Shown in pieces: positions 11,801-24,764 of a DNA stretch of 64,000 nt. The notes beneath the pieces are model-generated. The model was not told where the DNA came from, did not search any database, and was given only the letters and a program-made list of their open reading frames with translations. The position numbers were made by a program, and so were the translations under genes. How positions within the stretch are numbered: position 1 is the stretch's first letter; each line of letters opens with the position of its first letter. This DNA is from Lama glama (Eukaryota). The stretch covers positions 38,008,001 through 38,072,000 of the forward strand of contig CM052816.1 of the NCBI GenBank assembly GCA_028534125.1, written 5' to 3'.

Positions 11801-13009
11801 ATAATGTTAAAGGTAACTATAAAATAATAAATGGATGGCAAAGTCATAACATAATCTTGCAAACGAAGTGTGTTTCTTTCCTTATGTTTTTAGGTCATAC
11901 AATTTCATCTGATTAGCAATGTTTATGCCATTACAATAACAGGTTCTAGACAGTATTATAAATGTATATTCTTGTTTATTCAGTTTGTGAACAGCCATAC
12001 TGATGAAGGGGAACAAGTATAAGAGAGAGGCAGAATCATTGACGTTAGTTAGCCTTTACAAATCACGTATCCTCTGTTCTAAGAATTCTCAGTGTTATAA
12101 ACAAGCTGTTAAAACTTCCAAAACCTTCCTGTTCAGAGTCTCCTGCCTGCCCTTTAGCTTAACTCACTCACCCATACACACGATTTCCCATCTAGACAGA
12201 ATTAAACAGGAGGATTAACAAATATGAAATAGATTATTTAAAGTAAAGAAGCTCAATTTATAATCCAGAAAATTTATTTCAATTCATGACTCTTTTATCC
12301 ACTTTATTTTATTATCTTTATCTTATCATTGCCCTTGGAAGAATAAATAATTAGACAGTTCCAGACCCAATAACCACGCCTCTCTGTCAAGAAGTTCTCC
12401 AGGGACCACTGTGTAAACCAGACTGTTCTGCTTGCCAAAAGCAAGAAGAATTACTTTAAAAATAGAGCCAATCCTCCTTTAGCTGAGACCAGGAATCCTA
12501 AAGTAAAGATAAAGAAAATGACAATTTCCTAATTACTTAGTCTTAGCCAGAAATAACATTTCTTTTTCCCTTCTTCCGTGGATAGATGTTCAGTTTATTC
12601 ACTCCTGTACTCTCTGCGGTGCTAGACAGTCATGTTAGAACCTGCCCTTTCTCTCACCCCAGTCCACAATCCCCACTATGTGCCCTCGCCAGCCAGATCT
12701 CCCACCTCACTCATTGTTTCTTTGAACTCCAGCAGAAGGCAAACGTTGGAACCAGCAGCCCTGCATTCAAAGAGAAGGGAAGGTTTTGCTAACCCAACAG
12801 TTCTTCAGGTAGTCTGACAAATTCCACCTACGACTTCTGCCACAAGGTCCTCTCCTGCTCTCTTACCTGCCTCGTCCAAGCCTGAATTTGATCCTGGGAT
12901 TTGTCAAGTGCACTAGTTTTCATCTCTGCTGTAGCTATTTCCCTTTAGGGTTTCTTTTATTTTAATGAGTTTTATTTGCTCGAGTTTATTGATATTATCC
13001 CATCTGCTT

Positions 13010-13310
13010 CGAGGTAATGAAATAAATATTCTTATTTTAAGACAAGAAAAATGTAAACAGAAAAGTTTTCTCTGTCTATTTTGGCCTTCTCCCTCCCCTC
13101 TAGGGTGCACTGTGCATTAACCAGACCTCCCCAATGGCAGAAATCCCTTCTCAACCATAAAGAAATCAATTTTTCTTCTTCAGGTGCCAGTCATGTAACT
13201 CCTTAGAAGATAATATTCCTTTCTCATTCCCGTAAGGGGTCATGAGGACCCACCACTTGCCCTGTACATGCAGACGGCTTTAGTGAACTTGAAGTACACT
13301 GTCAATAAGT
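13010..13310 (+). mobile_element. Partial ERV LTR of cetartiodactyl type; boundaries and orientation uncertain
   Basis: 'tgaaataaatattcttattttaagacaag...tgtgcattaaccagacctccccaatggcagaaat...tcaaccataaag' resembles recalled ungulate ERV1 LTRs. No clear 3' end. Confidence 0.5.
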
Positions 13311-13659
13311 CATTTCTCTTTAAGATGATTGGTCGGATGACCTGGAGAGATACTGGGCTGCATCTAATGGATGTTCTTGGCTTAAACACTTACTTACGAC
13401 CTTATTAATGTTATTAGCTATATTACTTAGATTCTGCCTATTTTATAAGATTATCATTTCCTGTATTACCATATGTGTGACTGACCCTCAGATAAAATGA
13501 ATGATTAGGTGACTTGAAATAATTAATCAAATATATCATTCTATAAGATCAGTGATTGCAGTAGTATTAACTCTAGATAAGGGAAGAAGAAACAAGAGTG
13601 AGCGATTTCTTAGAGCATAACAGACTAGTAAGACAATTGGCCCAGAGGCTTTCGGCTAC

Positions 13660-14289
13660 TGTTAACAGGGCCTAGTCCAGTAATAGTACATTGAGTGGCC
13701 TATCAAAAAAACTCTTTGCCTGACCTGAGAATGAGCATTCCTAGCACCGTGGGACAAACTGGTCAGGAAATGCCTCCCAAACCTTGGTCAAAATTGAGAC
13801 ACAAAGGGAAAGGATTATAAAATAAAAAAAAGTTGCCCACCATCTAGTTCTACAAGATAAAGTTATTAGTCACCGTAGTCACTGACCTACAGTACACCTG
13901 GAAAGGAATTCAAGCCAAAGGTCAGGATAAGGCACTTTATGCCCGGGAAAAACTGACAGAACTGGCCCTCAGATAGTTAGAGATTTCCAGGATATTTTGT
14001 GAACTAGTTTCTTGCATCTTCCCATACTTAGAAAAACAATGGAACTATTAACTCAAGTACCTGTTCCTTGAAAATAGCAGTAATCTTCCACCAAGATGAT
14101 GGTTAATTGATTGCATGTACCCCATATTCACCAAAATCACATACATACTGACCTCCACCCTTTATCTCTTTGGAACAGTTCTCAGAGCTCCTGAGACATT
14201 ATCTCCCAGGTTATAACTCTCAGTTTGGCTTCAATAAAAATTTCCATTTCTTTCTTATATTGACTACTGATTAATTTTTCTTGTCAATA
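13660..14289 (+). mobile_element. Solo ERV1-class LTR (about 630 bp), cetartiodactyl type
   Basis: Imperfect terminal inverted ends TGTTAACAG...TTGTCAATA. AATAAA at about 14233, preceded by 'tctctttggaacagttctcagagctcctgaga...tctcccaggttata'. Confidence 0.8.
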
Positions 14290-14354
14290 GGGTCTTTCAG
14301 AAACCTGTGAAAATGCTCCTTTTTCTTACTGTCTTTTCAGCCTTGCAATGTGCA

Positions 14355-14412
14355 GTGACCTCCTTCTCCTTCTCCTCCTTCTTCTCATCCTCATTTTTCT
14401 TCTCCTCCTTCA
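14355..14412. repeat. CT-rich low-complexity tract
   Basis: Degenerate (CTT/CTC)n run. Confidence 0.7.
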
Positions 14413-16573
14413 TTATGGTAGCTTTTTAACTGGCATTTTTTTTTAAAGCTGAGATAAAGGGCAAAGATGAGGGGAAGGCAAACAGCTGTGCTCTTTCCAC
14501 CATCTTGAACTAGAATCCCTTGGTGGTATTGTATGTATTCATCTGACTTCATATACACTTCCTCAAAGCTGATGCAAGACCTAAGGAAGCATGAAGGAGA
14601 GATTCTGTGTCCTTGCTGTGTGCCTGTGGCTGTAGGACATCCTACCTGCTCCCTCTCTCAATCTCCTTCTCTTACTAAATCTGAGCACTTGCTTCCATCT
14701 CTGTGCTGTCTCGTGTGTTGCAGTGTTGGGAAGAGTAATACTCCTCCTGTTTCTCTTTTTTTTTTTTTTCTTTCAGGTACGTAAGTCCCTGAATGTGATC
14801 ATCCTGAGAATAAATTACTATTAATAACATAATCTATGATACATTTTATGTAATACAATCCCCATTCCTGACAGGTGGCCAGAGTTCAGAGTTTTACCAT
14901 TTCACCACAGCATATTCAGTATAATGTCTCAAATGGTGAGACCCTATATTTTACGTGGATGCTATTCTTTGTGTAAGCTGTATCCTTTTTTATTGGCAAC
15001 CACCATTATTCTCCCTTAGGCCCTATTGTTTTCTTAACAAACGACGCAACAAAAGAAGCCTCTACATATGATAGTCAGTAAAACCTCCACACAGAATTTC
15101 AGACCCTAGGACTGACTGTATGTCCACATGTTCTTCATTAGCTCAAAAAGGATACTTAGTACACTGTATTTATATTCTGCCCTTTTTTTCTCCTTTTCTG
15201 AAACTATATGTCTGTATATGTCCACATATCTAAAAAATAAGTAAAAAAGGAATACAGAAGCACATTTCCCTTCTATCCATGCACCAGACAATGACACATT
15301 CCTTCACCAGTGATTGTGTGTACACAATAAGAAAAAGGATAAATCACAAATTCTGTCGTATCTTCTTCTTTTCTCCCCTGTCTTTTGATTTCCTACCTAC
15401 TGGCTGGCTTTCTCTGTTAGCAATAAGTAAACCAAATAAAACTGTAGAGGATTCGTAATTATAGTTGATAAGTGAGCCTAGGTATCAAACATCAAAAAAT
15501 GTGATCTGTTTCATTCTTTTTTAATTCCTAGGCTTACATGCTTAATCTCTTCAAACTATTGTCTATGCTCACTTTGTCTGAAAAAGAGCTTGTAGGAAGA
15601 GATGGAGGCAGTTAGTTTAAACAAAAAGTAACTTTATTAATGTCAACAGGAATGGTGAAATAAACAAAATAAAGTCTATGTGACCTCAAAAGTTATCTAC
15701 ATAATAAATGGAGGAGCAAGAGAGGATCATTAAAATATTTTATTTGCCATGCTAACGAAACAGATTTGGTAATGTACCAGATTTTTATATGGTGAGAAAC
15801 ATTTGCATTATGAAAAGGTACAGAAGAGTACATAGATTTTATGCTAGCTACTCTTCTTCTAAGCACCTGAAGGCATAAAGATTCTGTGTTATTTGTTATT
15901 CTATTAAAAAATGACATCTTTCTAGTTTAAGCCAACTGAGTTGTTGTAAAAATGTTAGACAGTTATAGTGCATTGGCAGTATGATCTAAATTGTAATGCA
16001 TGGTAGATTTCTTGGAAAATGTTTAATGGGGAAATCATGTTCTTGAAAACCAGAAAATAAAGTAAATTTGAACGACAGTTTGAATTTTATTTTGAAACAT
16101 ATCAACTAAGTATCAGATAAGTACTAAATAAATGATCAAGCATGAACTTTCCTAAATATCTGTGCTGGCTCTTCTTTATGACCATACTATTTTATCAAAA
16201 CTAAAATTAAAATGTATTTTCTATTTATAGATATTCTTGTGATATGTTAGCACACTGCTACAGCAGATAGGTAAAGACAACAAAAAATAAATAAGAACAT
16301 TATTAAATATTATCAGCACAATATTACAAATTTGCTTTTATTGTTTTGATAAGCTATCAAATTGTAATTTTAACAATATATATTGTAAAGTATAAAACTT
16401 AAGTGTTTTGAAGTATGAAGTATTGCTTTCATCATGGTGGCCCAGTAAAGACAACTCATTTTTTAGTACTACTTAATATATTTTTAATATAGAGCTAATA
16501 TAATATCATTGTAGATAAGATATGCAATTCAGAAAAATATTATTACCCATTGCCCAAATATCTATAGATAAAA

Positions 16574-19075
16574 ATTGGTAGACCATGGAATTAGTGTCCA
16601 CTAACGTATCATGTCTCTTAGTATCTTTTACCTACATGGGTTTGGCCCTGTGATTTTCTTTGGTCAAGAGGCATCAGGAAAACAATAGAACCTGAGGCTT
16701 AATAAGCTCCTCGGCACTGGTGATTGTTTTCTGGAAGCATTGCCACCACTGTGTGAAACACCTGTACTCTTCTTCAAAAGAGACCATGTGGAGGAGAACT
16801 AAAGTACCCTGACCTATAGCCCCAGTTAACCTCCAGTCACGTGGCTCTGGTCATGGATCACTTAGTCCTAGGAGAGTCGCTGAACCTGTGGAAAGTGATC
16901 CTAGATTAAATCAGCAGATAAACTGTCCAACTGAGTTCAGCCCAGATTGTAGAACAGCAAGCAAATAAGTGGTTGCTGTTTTAAGCTTAAGTATCTATCT
17001 GAAACAGAAATTGGAGCTGAAATCTGGGATGCAGTCCTTCAAAAACATTAAACATGTGGCATTGACTTTGTGATGGTCATTGGGTGGAAGGTGGAGGAAT
17101 GGTGAAAAAACTGTCAGTGAAAGTTGAAAAGGCAGTTACCACTGGAGCCTAGAAGGATGATAAACCAGTTTTTGTAGTTGTAAAGTAACAGGAGAATACA
17201 TACAAAGTCAACTGGCTTCTTTTCACTGCATAGGAAGAGAAGGTTGGAAGTACATGAAAAGAGAGACAAAGGGAAGAAAGTACTGTTTAGTTTTGAAGTG
17301 GAAGTCAGAGAAAATGTAGAGCATCTAAGAATTGTGTCAAAAAATAAAACTCTTCCTCAAACACATCCCACCTGACAAAAACAAAAGAGTCTCAAGGAAA
17401 TGGCTTCATGGTATGGATCATTCAAGAGCACTGATGTAAAATACTTTAAGATCTTAGAAATTTGAAGCTAATGTCTGAATACATGAGCTTTAAGCAAGAG
17501 AAGAAAACAACTTCTAGGAATTTTTTGAATATTATTCCACGGAGTCTAACAAGCCCAAAGAGAATTATGGATATGATTTTTGGAGCATTTTTATAAGCCG
17601 TGATTAGACTCATTAAAAACTGAGGAATTTTTAAAGAAAGTTGTATGAGCTTGGACAAAAAGGATGACAAACAAGGCAAAATGAAAAAAAGCTCTGAACC
17701 ATCAACTTTTTACAGAGATTAGACTAAAAACTCTATTCCACTTCAAGAACTCCCATTTCTTAAGAAAAAGGAAATACATCTCAAAGAGCAAGGCTGAGTG
17801 CTCAGAAGGTGGGTCCAGTTACAGGAGAGAATAACAGACTGGGAACCAGTCCCAGAGAGCAGAGCTGGATAATAATCAAGGAACATTCTCTGCCCCTAGA
17901 ACAGGAAGCTCTGACAGCCTGTTGGGCTAGATTTCATAATCACTACCAACAAGCGTTTACTGAGGTCTGCCGTACCTCCCTGTTTTGAACGAATGGGAGC
18001 AGCCACTATGGTTATCCTGCCTTTGCCTAAAAATTATAGAGTGAGTGTTGCTTGCTTGTTTGTCTTTGGTTTTGCGATCTGGAGATCAAGAATAGCTGAG
18101 AAGCCTAATCTTCACCTGGACTTGAAGACGAGCAGATCATGGAATTCAGACAGATTCTGCCAACGTTTTGCAGCCAAAGACCATCAGGATACACTTTTAA
18201 TGGAACAATTTGGGCTGTGGGAGAATACACACTATGGTGAACCATGGGGCATCTCAGTAAAAGGATGTTAGAAAGGACTTAGTTAGGGTTCAGGCTTGTG
18301 TTCTGTGATTTGGGGGAGAATTCCTGAACACGGGGTTTTGCTCTGAACCTGATTCTCTTAGGAAGTAGAAGCAATTTTAAGACTAGATATCTAAATATTA
18401 TTTAGAAAGCAGAAATACTAGATTGAGGCTACACCTGTCATTGGTAAGTAATTAGTGAATGCTAATTTTAGCCAGGAGAGGGAATATTTACTATCTTTTG
18501 TACTTTCAATAAAGATCTTCCTTTTGTCTGTGCTGAGACAAAACTATGTGATGATAATTTTTTTGGTCTCCTTTCATTAGGCTTCTAAGTGGCCTTATCT
18601 TGTGTTGGTGTTCTGAGAGATTGTTACCTTCATGAAAAGAATGTCATAACCTGGCTGAGAGCATCAGGCCAGCTCCTAACAACACGTTGGCCTGGATGTT
18701 AGTATCCAGTCAGTCCCTGGATGTCAGAGCCTGATTTTCTCTTTCCTCTCCGGTCTTCTCTCCTTTTCTTTCACTCTAGCCTTCCATCCTAGACAACATT
18801 AAGATACTCAGTCTTAAAGTTGAATCCCTACTTTCTCATGGCACTAAATTTAGAGCAAAAACCTATTTCCTTGAACATCATGAGGAAATGAGATGTTTTG
18901 GGGTCTTGGGAGAGTGTGAATATACTTTGCACATGGAAGGAACTTTAATCATTGGGTTCAGAGAGTGGGTTGAGGTAGATTATTACCTTAATGTTTCCCA
19001 GTAAATCATGCCACTGGGTATCTGTGCCCTTCTAAAGTCCACTTCCATAGTGATTCTGAGTGTGGTCATGTAAAT
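16574..19075 (+). mobile_element. MaLR (MLT1-type) provirus remnant: 5' LTR about 16574-17006, internal region 17007-18970, partial 3' LTR 18971-19075
   Basis: LTR end 'ccaactgagttcagcccagattgtagaa...aaataagtggttgctgttttaagc...aaaca'. Internal start 'gaaattgg...taaacatgtggcattgacttt'. Internal end 'tgtgaatatactttgcacatggaagga...gagagtgggt', then 'tgaggtagatt', which resembles the 5' LTR start. Confidence 0.8.
18158..18747 (-). mobile_element. ERV1 LTR (MER90-like) inserted in the MaLR internal region
   Basis: The reverse complement starts 'gaggaaagagaaaatcaggctctgacatccagg'. The body contains 'gagaatacacactatggtgaaccatggggcatctcagtaaaaggatgttagaaaggactt'. Family name is from memory. Confidence 0.7.
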
Positions 19076-19559
19076 TCAATCATAATTTCTGAGGTATGCT
19101 CTTAATAAATACCCAACCTACTAATACATGCCAGGTAACAATATAAAGTAGGTAATTTAGTTTTATTATCCTGTAACACATGACATTTTTATTTGCTCCT
19201 TTTTGAGCCTACTGACCCATAAATGAAAATGCAGCTGGTTTTGTATGCATGCTTTTGTTCTGAGAAGCCCTTCTGTACCCATTTGTTTTATTCTGCTAAT
19301 CCTTGTACATGTGAATGGTGCTTATTTCTCAGTCCTCTGTGTACTAGTTCTCCTATTTCAAACACATGATTAGAAAACCCCAAGTTCTAAAATCTTGGCT
19401 GTCTTTTCTATATTCAATCTATGAATCTCTCTTTTAATATAATAACACTGTAGATGAATTCTCCAATGGTATTCCACAGATCTAGCTTAGCTAGAGATCT
19501 CTGACCATGGTCATTGCCCCCAGAGAGATACCAGATTACTATAAAACATTTATTTTATG

Positions 19560-19780
19560 ATGTAGTATATGAATGAGGTTTTGAGGCCAACGAGGTAGTT
19601 AAAAGTGAAATTGTGTGGGGTGACCACTTTGTGTGTTTTCAACATCATATGCATCACACTCCCTGTTTGTAAAATTGGCAATAATAATTATTACAGATTT
19701 TATTGTAAGGCTAAATAATGTAACACATGTAGAACTTGAAATATTTCACATATATAGCACTAAATATGTTACCAGTATTA
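19560..19780 (+). mobile_element. Degenerate MIR
   Basis: 'ctgtttgtaaaattggcaataataatt...attgtaaggctaaataatgtaacacatgtagaac...gcactaaatatgtta'. Confidence 0.6.
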
Positions 19781-19784
19781 TAAA

Positions 19785-20000
19785 GAATGGGTTGGATTTG
19801 CAGAGGCAGGAAGTGAATGTTAATTCTAGTCAGGAGTAAGCACATAAGTCTAAAGGTGAGAAAGTCCACAGCATATGGAGAGACCAGTTTGCATGAAGTA
19901 GCATTGATAGGGTTGGCAATAACATTGCAAACTAGATAAAAATTATTAATCTGATAGAGGATTTGAAAGGTGCTGAATGTCATTTTAACAATTCGAATCT
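19785..20000 (-). mobile_element. L2 fragment
   Basis: 'gaatgggttggatttgcagaggcagga...agcacataagtctaaaggtgagaaagt' resembles antisense L2. Confidence 0.5.
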
Positions 20001-22284
20001 TCCTTTTCTAGAAAGTGTCTTTTTAACTAGCTGAAAGATATGAGGAATTTAGTCCAGAGAAGCCAGTACATGGAGCACAAATTTTATTTTGTAATAGGAA
20101 AGGACCACCAGGTAGAAGAGATTTGTTCTGTGTTGTTCAAGACAGCAAACCTAGAGCTATCAGTTAAGTTTACATGCAGGCTTATTCATCCTCAGAGTAA
20201 TAAATTATTTACTACAAATAGATGTCTGTCAAGAGAAAGGGCTGCTACATATAATAATGAAATGTTGCTCACTGGAATTAGAAAAGCAAAGACTGGAAGA
20301 CAAACCACAGATGCTGCAGAAGTTATTAATACAGAACAGGGATTAGGAGTTTATGTGTGTACGTGAGCCTACTTCATTTCTCAGGAAGGGGGTACACTAT
20401 TTCATCAGACTCTGACAAGGATCCAGAAGTGGTTAAGACCTACAGAAATACAACACTGGACCTGGATGCCTCAATGTGATCTCTAAGGCCCCAAAAGCTC
20501 GACAGCGTTCACAGAGAAACACGTGGGTGTTGCAGCCTTGGCATAACACTGATTTTACTATGGTATAACTGATTTTCCCCAATTGCTCACTCTGGTGGTC
20601 TCTCTTTTTATTTTGTTACTTACTGCTGGGTGTACTTCATCTACTTCTCATATTTTCATTCCCATACTGGTCAGCTGAGCTGTCCTGGAACATTTTTATT
20701 TTGTGAGATTTAACATTTATCTCCTGTTTAACTTCACAATGGCCTTTAGACTGGAGGGACCAAAAGCCTTTCTGAACCTTTCTCCCAATCTCCCACACCC
20801 CCAGACCTGGACACTTTTTTCCCCTAATCTTTGTATTGCTTCAGTGAAACGTTTTACTTTGGTTGTCACTCTTTTGTAAAGGTTATTTTTTTTTTTGAGG
20901 TCTAACAATTGTTAAGTCATAAACCTTATCTGTAAGTCAAAGTCTGTTTTGGGGAAAAAAGATTCTGAGTCACAAAGAAAGGTTAGGGGAGCAAAGTATG
21001 ACTTTTTTCATTTGCAAGCTATCTTAACTTTGTAGGCAGGGACTTTTATTTTCATTTTTATTTTATTCAGTCAAAGGTGTTAAAATAAATCCAAATCACA
21101 ACGTAATACACTGAATCAGGCAGACTCTGTGGTGGTACATTTCTCCAAAGATACTGCATTAGCATTATCCTAGGATGTTAGCATGTCTGTTGTAATGTAC
21201 ATAAATCCTAATTACAATCAAGTTCCAGAGTCGGTAGGTATGGCTTCATAATATATAATGAATTTGAAGTCTTTTGTAACTCCTTTAGTGATCTGAAAGC
21301 ATTCAGGTCCCTATGTCCTCATATTACTCTTGACCTTTAAAATCACCGATCCTGAGCTCATTCTTGTCAATTTAAGACAAGTCAGACAAAAGGATTTCTT
21401 CCATGAGTCAGAGTGACAAAAACTTTATCAAAGGTTTAATTGTATTTTCCCCTTCACAACCAGTGACTCAATATCCCTTTCACAAAACAATGCTGAAATA
21501 ATTTGTTCATATGGGCTCAAGGGGGAAAGAAGTGGGTTACCTAAGCCATTCACTGACCCTGGAATCAAAGAAAGACGGCTCAAAGATAGGACTGAGAAGC
21601 CGATTTTACATGGAGTAGATAGTGTTTCATTTGCAACACAACATTTGATACAAAGATTCATGGCATTATGTTTTTATCTTGAAATACTGACACTGCTGGC
21701 AGCTCAACCTGCTATTCCATTAGAATATCTCACAGGAATTCTGGAATTTATCTGCTGCCCACATAAAAACAGATAAAGAAAAGGAAAAAAATATTAAGGC
21801 TTATTTTTATCACTGAAACAGAGCTGTACCTCCAGAATTAAAGCTTTTACACCTCTATCATGAGCAGTCTGAAAGAAAGTTCATGTACAGTAGGAGTACA
21901 GTGAGGGACAATGACAAAGAAATGTATATGAACAGTATCTTTTTTATGTTGACACATACATCCTATTCAGTGTAATATTTCTCCTCAGAGGCACAGAACA
22001 GCAGTCTTACCCTGTCCCCCACTGTGAATCCATAGTTACAACAATGCCCTGCCTAGAAAGTGGTAAAGATGTAGGCAGTGAAGATGATTAAAGCCAAAGC
22101 CCCTGAGTTGTTTGAGGAAAGAGAGCCTAAGAGGGTATAAAAGCACAGAAATGAACTTTTAGAGGAGGCTCAGCCAACCTGTGAACTGAGGAGCCTATGT
22201 GACCAGAGGGATCTTGGAGAAGAGCCTTACTGAGATATTGTGAGTAAAAAGAAAACTTATCTAATTAGCCACTAAGGTCTAGAG

Positions 22285-22493
22285 CAATAATGACGAATAG
22301 AAATTCGTGAGATGACAGAAATGTTCTATATTGGCACTATGTATAAAAATAGCCACAAGCCAAGTGCAGCAATTTAGCACTTAAAATATGACTGTTTGGA
22401 CGAAGGAGCTAAATTTCAAATTTAATTTCATTTTAATTAATTTAAGTTTAAATAGTCACATTTGACTAGTGTCTATGTTATTGCACAGAACAT
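22285..22493 (+). mobile_element. MER3 hAT-Charlie DNA transposon, full length
   Basis: Follows the MER3 consensus ('gaaatgttctatat...tagccacaagcca...agcacttaaaatatg...ttttaattaatttaagtttaaatagtcacat'), flanked by gtctagag / atctggaa. Confidence 0.9.
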
Positions 22494-23454
22494 ATCTGGA
22501 ATATAACTAGCTAAACGTGTCTATATAAAATTTTAGTGTGTGAAATTAAAGGGAAAATAGTCCTAGCAGTGATGGCAATTTAAAGAGTTTGATAAACTCA
22601 ACTTTCCATTGCATCTCTTTCCAAGTCAGTTTTATTGAATGTTTTATGTCTTTAAACATCATCTACTTAGGGAATATTTGTAAGATTTTGATATAGAGAG
22701 ATACTTTTTCACATTTATTTTAATGAAGTCAGGATTAATAAAGGGAGACTGTTGATAAAATTGATTGACCTGCTTTCTAAGATCTCCAAGTAAGTACACC
22801 CCTCATCTCAACCCCATGGTAGTGGTTGCAGGAGGATGAGTAACTCTTAGAGACCAGTGCGTGAACTGTCAGTGTTTAAGTTGAACATTTTATTGATATG
22901 TCAAAACAATACACTGAGCACAAAACAGAAAGAAAAAACATACAAGAATGCCAAAACAACGGGGATTTCTATTTAAACTAGTAATATGGACTGAAGAGAA
23001 GCAAATAGATATTAGATTTTTTCCATTGGTAAAATGCTGTGAGCTCTGTGGAATCCCAAATGGGAAGATAACTTTAATAGTAAAAATGGTCAGGTTTTAA
23101 TAAGAATCATGCTTTTGTTTCCATAATTCCTTTTAGATGTGCCTGATTTAAGTTCCTTCCATTTTTTTTTCTGTTCCTTCCTCAATTATCTATGAAAACC
23201 CATTGTTTAACAAGTGCCATATATGTGCTAAATTGAGAGTGACCTCAACCTATGAAAAAGGTTCTGCACCCCTGATTATGCAAAAGAGAGTGGTTTCCAC
23301 TGGTTCAGCTGAAAAGTATTTCCATCTTAAGAAACAATAGGTAATAAAATGATGATATAAACATGGATTTGTAAATACACTAAACATCTTGAAGACAGTT
23401 ATTTGTTAGATTTTCTTACATTAGTTACTTGGATAATATCAAAGAGTCTACATT

Positions 23455-24760
23455 TTTAAAAATAAATAGAATGCAAACAAGTTGGGTGATCTAGGTGAAA
23501 TGGAAAATTTGCAGAAAAAATGTATGCTGAATAATGAAGAAATAGGAAATCTGAATAGATCAGTGATTAGTAAGAAAGTTAAATTGATTATCAAAAACAC
23601 AACAAAGAAAATCCCAAGGCTGAAGTGTTTTACTGGTGAATTGTACCAAACATTTAAAGAGGCCAATCCTCTTTAAATTCTTCCCCCAAAAAATGAATGA
23701 GGAGGGAACACTTCTAAATGCATTCTATGAAGCTGGTATCACCCTGATAGCAATGCTAGACAAAGATACTACAAGAAAAGAAAATTACAAGCCAATATCT
23801 CTTATAAATATTGATGTAAAACTCCCCAGTAAAGTACTAGAAAAATGATTTCAAACAGTATATCAAATGGATTATACACCATGAAAAAGGAGGATTTTTC
23901 CCCTGGAATGCAAGGATGGTTCAACATACACAAATCAATAAATGTGATACAAAAATATACCTCCTTAACAGAATGAAGGATAAAAACCATAATCTTAATA
24001 GATGCAGAAAAAATATTTGAAAAAATTCAGCATTCATTCATAATAAAAACTCTCAACGAATTAGGAAGTGAAGGAATATATCTCAACATAATAAAGACCA
24101 TATATGATAAACTCATGGCCAATATCATACTCAAAGCTAAAAAGCTGAAAACTTTTCCTTTAAGATCAGGAAAAAGACAAGGATGCCTACTCTCCCCACT
24201 TCTATTCAACATATTATTGGAAGTCCTAGCCAGACCAATCAGGGAAGAAAAGGAAATAAAAGGGATCCAAATCAGAAAGGAAAAAGTTAAACTGGCTCTC
24301 TTTGTAGATGGCACACTCTTACATGTAGAAAACTCTAAAGACTCAATTTAAAAAAAAAAATACTGTTAGAACTAATAAATTATTTCAGTAACTTGCAGGA
24401 TATAAAATCAATATACAAAAATCAATTATGTTTCTATAAACTAACAATAAACTATCCAACAAAGAAATTAAGAAACCCCATATATTACAGCACTAATAAG
24501 AATAAAATACTTAGAAATAAATTTAACTAAAAGATTTGTACACTGAAAACTATGATACTGATGACAGTAATTGGAGGAGACACAAATAAGTGAAAAGATA
24601 GTCTGAGTTCATGGATTGGAAGAGTTAATATCACACTTCCTTATTTCAAACCATATTACAAAAAAATTAATCAAAAAAGTATAGCATTGGCATAAAAACA
24701 GACATAAAGATCAACAAAACAGAATATACAGCACAAAGATAAACCCATGCATATATGTTT
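23455..24760 (+). mobile_element. L1 ORF2 fragment covering the reverse-transcriptase region, decayed
   Basis: Peptides FYEAGITLI..KDTTRKENYKPISLINID and [26 protein letters not shown]. The FADD motif is degraded to FVDG, with multiple frameshifts. Confidence 0.95.
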
Positions 24761-24764
24761 CACC

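Noticed and set aside
23482..24351. Reverse-transcriptase-like ORFs as an active retroelement or retron-like system
   Set aside because: Ordinary L1 ORF2 debris: fragmented by frameshifts, catalytic motif degraded to FVDG, no ORF1 or promoter.
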